A stretch of 24,311 bases of DNA from Catajapyx aquilonaris (lineage: Eukaryota), in contig JYFJ02000286.1 of the NCBI GenBank assembly GCA_000934665.2, positions 124,001 to 148,311 on the forward strand. The letters are read 5' to 3'. The notes under the pieces are model-generated. The model saw only the letters and a list, made by a program, of their open reading frames with translations. It was not told where the DNA came from and searched no databases. Shown piece after piece: positions 21,716 through 24,311 of the stretch. Each line of letters begins with the position of its first letter. The first letter of the stretch is position 1. Made by a program: the position numbers and the translations under genes.

Positions 21716-24311
21716 CCGTAATTACTAATAAAAATTCAGAGTAAATCCTGATCAAATCAATGGTGCTCCTCAACTAAGTACAAAAAAAATGTTTTCGATA
21801 TTCACGGCTGCAGCCTGTAAAGTTGAAAGCACGTCATTTGTAATTTGTAAGGTTTCGAATGTACAGTATCGTTTGCATCTGACAGTTCGACAATGAAACT
21901 GCGTGTTCTGATGAGTTGAAATTGGAGATATCTAAGGCTTCTGCACTAGTTTTTCCAGAAATAGCATTTTTTTTCTTGAGAAATTCATGTACAGTATACA
22001 GTCGTCTCGTCTACAAGTAAAACCGCCTACTATCCAAGTGTTAATTTCACGCTAAACTTGCACTTCTCAAAGTAAAGGGGCTGCACTTGCATTAATAAAA
22101 TGGAGCACTGTACTGTGCACAATTGCTAATTTGATTTACATAAGGTACTTGATTAAGAACGACATAAGCACTTGGTGTGATGCCTTTGACAACTTACGAA
22201 AGAGAGTAGTCAGCATGTAATTGCACTGAAAGCCATTATTCATATTTTATGAACTCATCACTCATATGTACCCACATATGAACCTCATAGGTACGATACC
22301 TTAGGTATAGCGGGTATACTGTATGCAAAAAAGTAATGACCAGGCGCATCCTAGCGCTATATCATCATCAGCAGCACTCCAATCTTTCCCCCAGACTGGA
22401 ACCATTTTTGACATCAGTACTTTGGAACAATACGCCCGTGATATTTCTCAAGATATTTTTCCTCGTAAACAAGTGTATCCGAATCAAAGGACTTGGCACT
22501 ATTCCCACTCCTGTTTTTTTTATCATACCAAGAATAGTGTTATTCATCACAGATATAGCCAGTGACACAAAGCATCAGCTACTGCAAACCAACAATAGCT
22601 ACTATCTTGGCATCTCGGTGAACGGCCTCATTTCCGGTCGTTTCACTTGTTGCGCCTGAAATATTCGGTCTCCCCCATTCAGCTGATAACTGACGATTAT
22701 GAATCCGGTCCGGAGTGGAGTGGATACGGATCCTGCATCATCTGGTGTATAGAGGAGACCAATTTATCAGGCAAGGGAATGAATGCACATCTATGTTGGC
22801 GCCGACCACAAATTCTCATCGGAGGCGGGAATAAGCCGTGACAGGTAAACGGAAACGTAAATTCCGGAGCTCAGTTTCTTTTTTTCCTCATCCTCCAGAA
22901 GCAGTGACAAAAGCCGCTTCTCCGGATTCGCTTCTCTTCTTTCACCATTTCTCCATCCCCCTACCCTCTCTCCTCCCCATCTCCTCCAAGACCGATGCGC
23001 AAATTCTAGAGAGTAATTTAATGCCACCGTTCTTCTGAACTGAGCCTTTTTTTTGCCCACTGTCTCAATATGCACGGAAGAAGGTGTTTTATGTGCCGGG
23101 TCTAAAAATAAGCTCCGGTTCTATTCAGGCCTCCGCCTTGTCTTCACCGCAACGCCCTGAAGGAGTGATCGTTGCGAGATCTCCAAGCGATCGTTAGTCG
23201 CTGAGGATATTTGCCTAGTCCTGAATAATTGATGGCTTTATCTTTTAGAGTTTCGGCAATGCAGCTTAGCGTTTTTTTGCTGCCAAGTGCTTGAGAACAG
23301 TAAACGTAAAGGTATAAAATTACAGGCCTGCAGACTATGGTATGGGTAAAACTGAACCTTTGACTCACGACTGCTTCTGACAAACTTTAAGTATAACAGA
23401 GTCGTCAACATCATAATAAAGTAATTCATGCTTCGAAAATTGAAAAAGTAAAGATGATGTCATATACGTTGATATGACTCGGGGTCGCGATTGGTTCACG
23501 GCAGGGACAAGATGTGCAGAACTGAGAAGGAAAAAGTTGTGGCATACAGCACCAGCAAGACAGGTTGACGTGATGCCACTTTCATCTCACCCTGTCACAG
23601 GGACGAGGTCAGGGCAGCGTGAATAAGTCAGGTGGTAGGCACCTGTGCCAGGTGCTGATGGCATATCTCCCCGCGAAGTCTTACGTATAGGGCCTATGTT
23701 AGACACTGACGACACGACTTGGGATCACAGGATTAACTGTATGTCATATGTATATCATATAAATCCCTTGAGTCCTTCCTTTTGTCCTGGTTCATGACAG
23801 ACACCGCAGGATTCGTATTTGGTCGGAAAAGTGGCCGTTTGCTGCAGCTCGACCAACTTAAATACGTACGTAATTTAACGTACGTCAAGTCTGATTTGAA
23901 ATGTCACGATTGAAATTTTATCGGGTATAGTACTGTACATTACTATCTGGTCAACACTATACTTAATAGTACAGAAGTATAGGAAATAAATATATTCGAT
24001 CAGTGTTTATATTTATTTTAAGGACTTGAAAGATGCAAAGTAGTCAAGATGGATAAACAGGGTATGGTGGCAAAACTGGGGCCGTTTTCCCTCTAGCGGG
24101 GTGTGAGTGTGATGTAAGGTCTGGCCGCCAGAGGCGCACTGTTGTATGAGGGCCGAAATCTGAGCGCAGTGCAATGGCTGACATAGGGAGAATGTGCGTT
24201 TGAGGCACGTTTGCGGCTCTGTTTGTGCTCCCATTCCGACAGGACTGCCTCGACACCTCTTCACAACTAGCCTGTCCCCGGCCCAGACATGTGAGGCACT
24301 GGCCCAAGAGG

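Noticed and set aside
1..24311. Prokaryotic or viral systems (operons, CRISPR array, defence or retro-element genes)
   Set aside because: Coding density is negligible, there are no regularly spaced repeats with unique spacers, and no transposase, reverse transcriptase or nuclease motifs appear in any listed ORF.

Overview
This window reads as AT-rich, largely non-coding eukaryotic DNA (roughly 40% GC by eye), probably an intron or intergenic region of an animal. CpG is not obviously depleted, which suggests an invertebrate (inference). It carries a microsatellite, homopolymer tracts and a 3-N assembly gap. None of the listed ORFs (all <=162 aa, most on GTG/TTG starts) resembles a protein family I recognise, and there is no operon structure, CRISPR array, rRNA or intact tRNA. 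The best-supported features are two non-autonomous DNA transposons: a ~286-bp foldback MITE with Tc1/mariner-type ends (27-312) and a 241-bp hAT (Buster/Charlie-type) MITE with an 8-bp target-site duplication (21475-21715). Several GC-richer islands hold transcription-factor-like motifs (CRE, RFX X-box, YY1, ETS/STAT). A few short candidate exons, mostly on the minus strand, could belong to a large gene spanning the window. These last two groups are hypotheses only. I did not find a novel biological system that the sequence alone supports.
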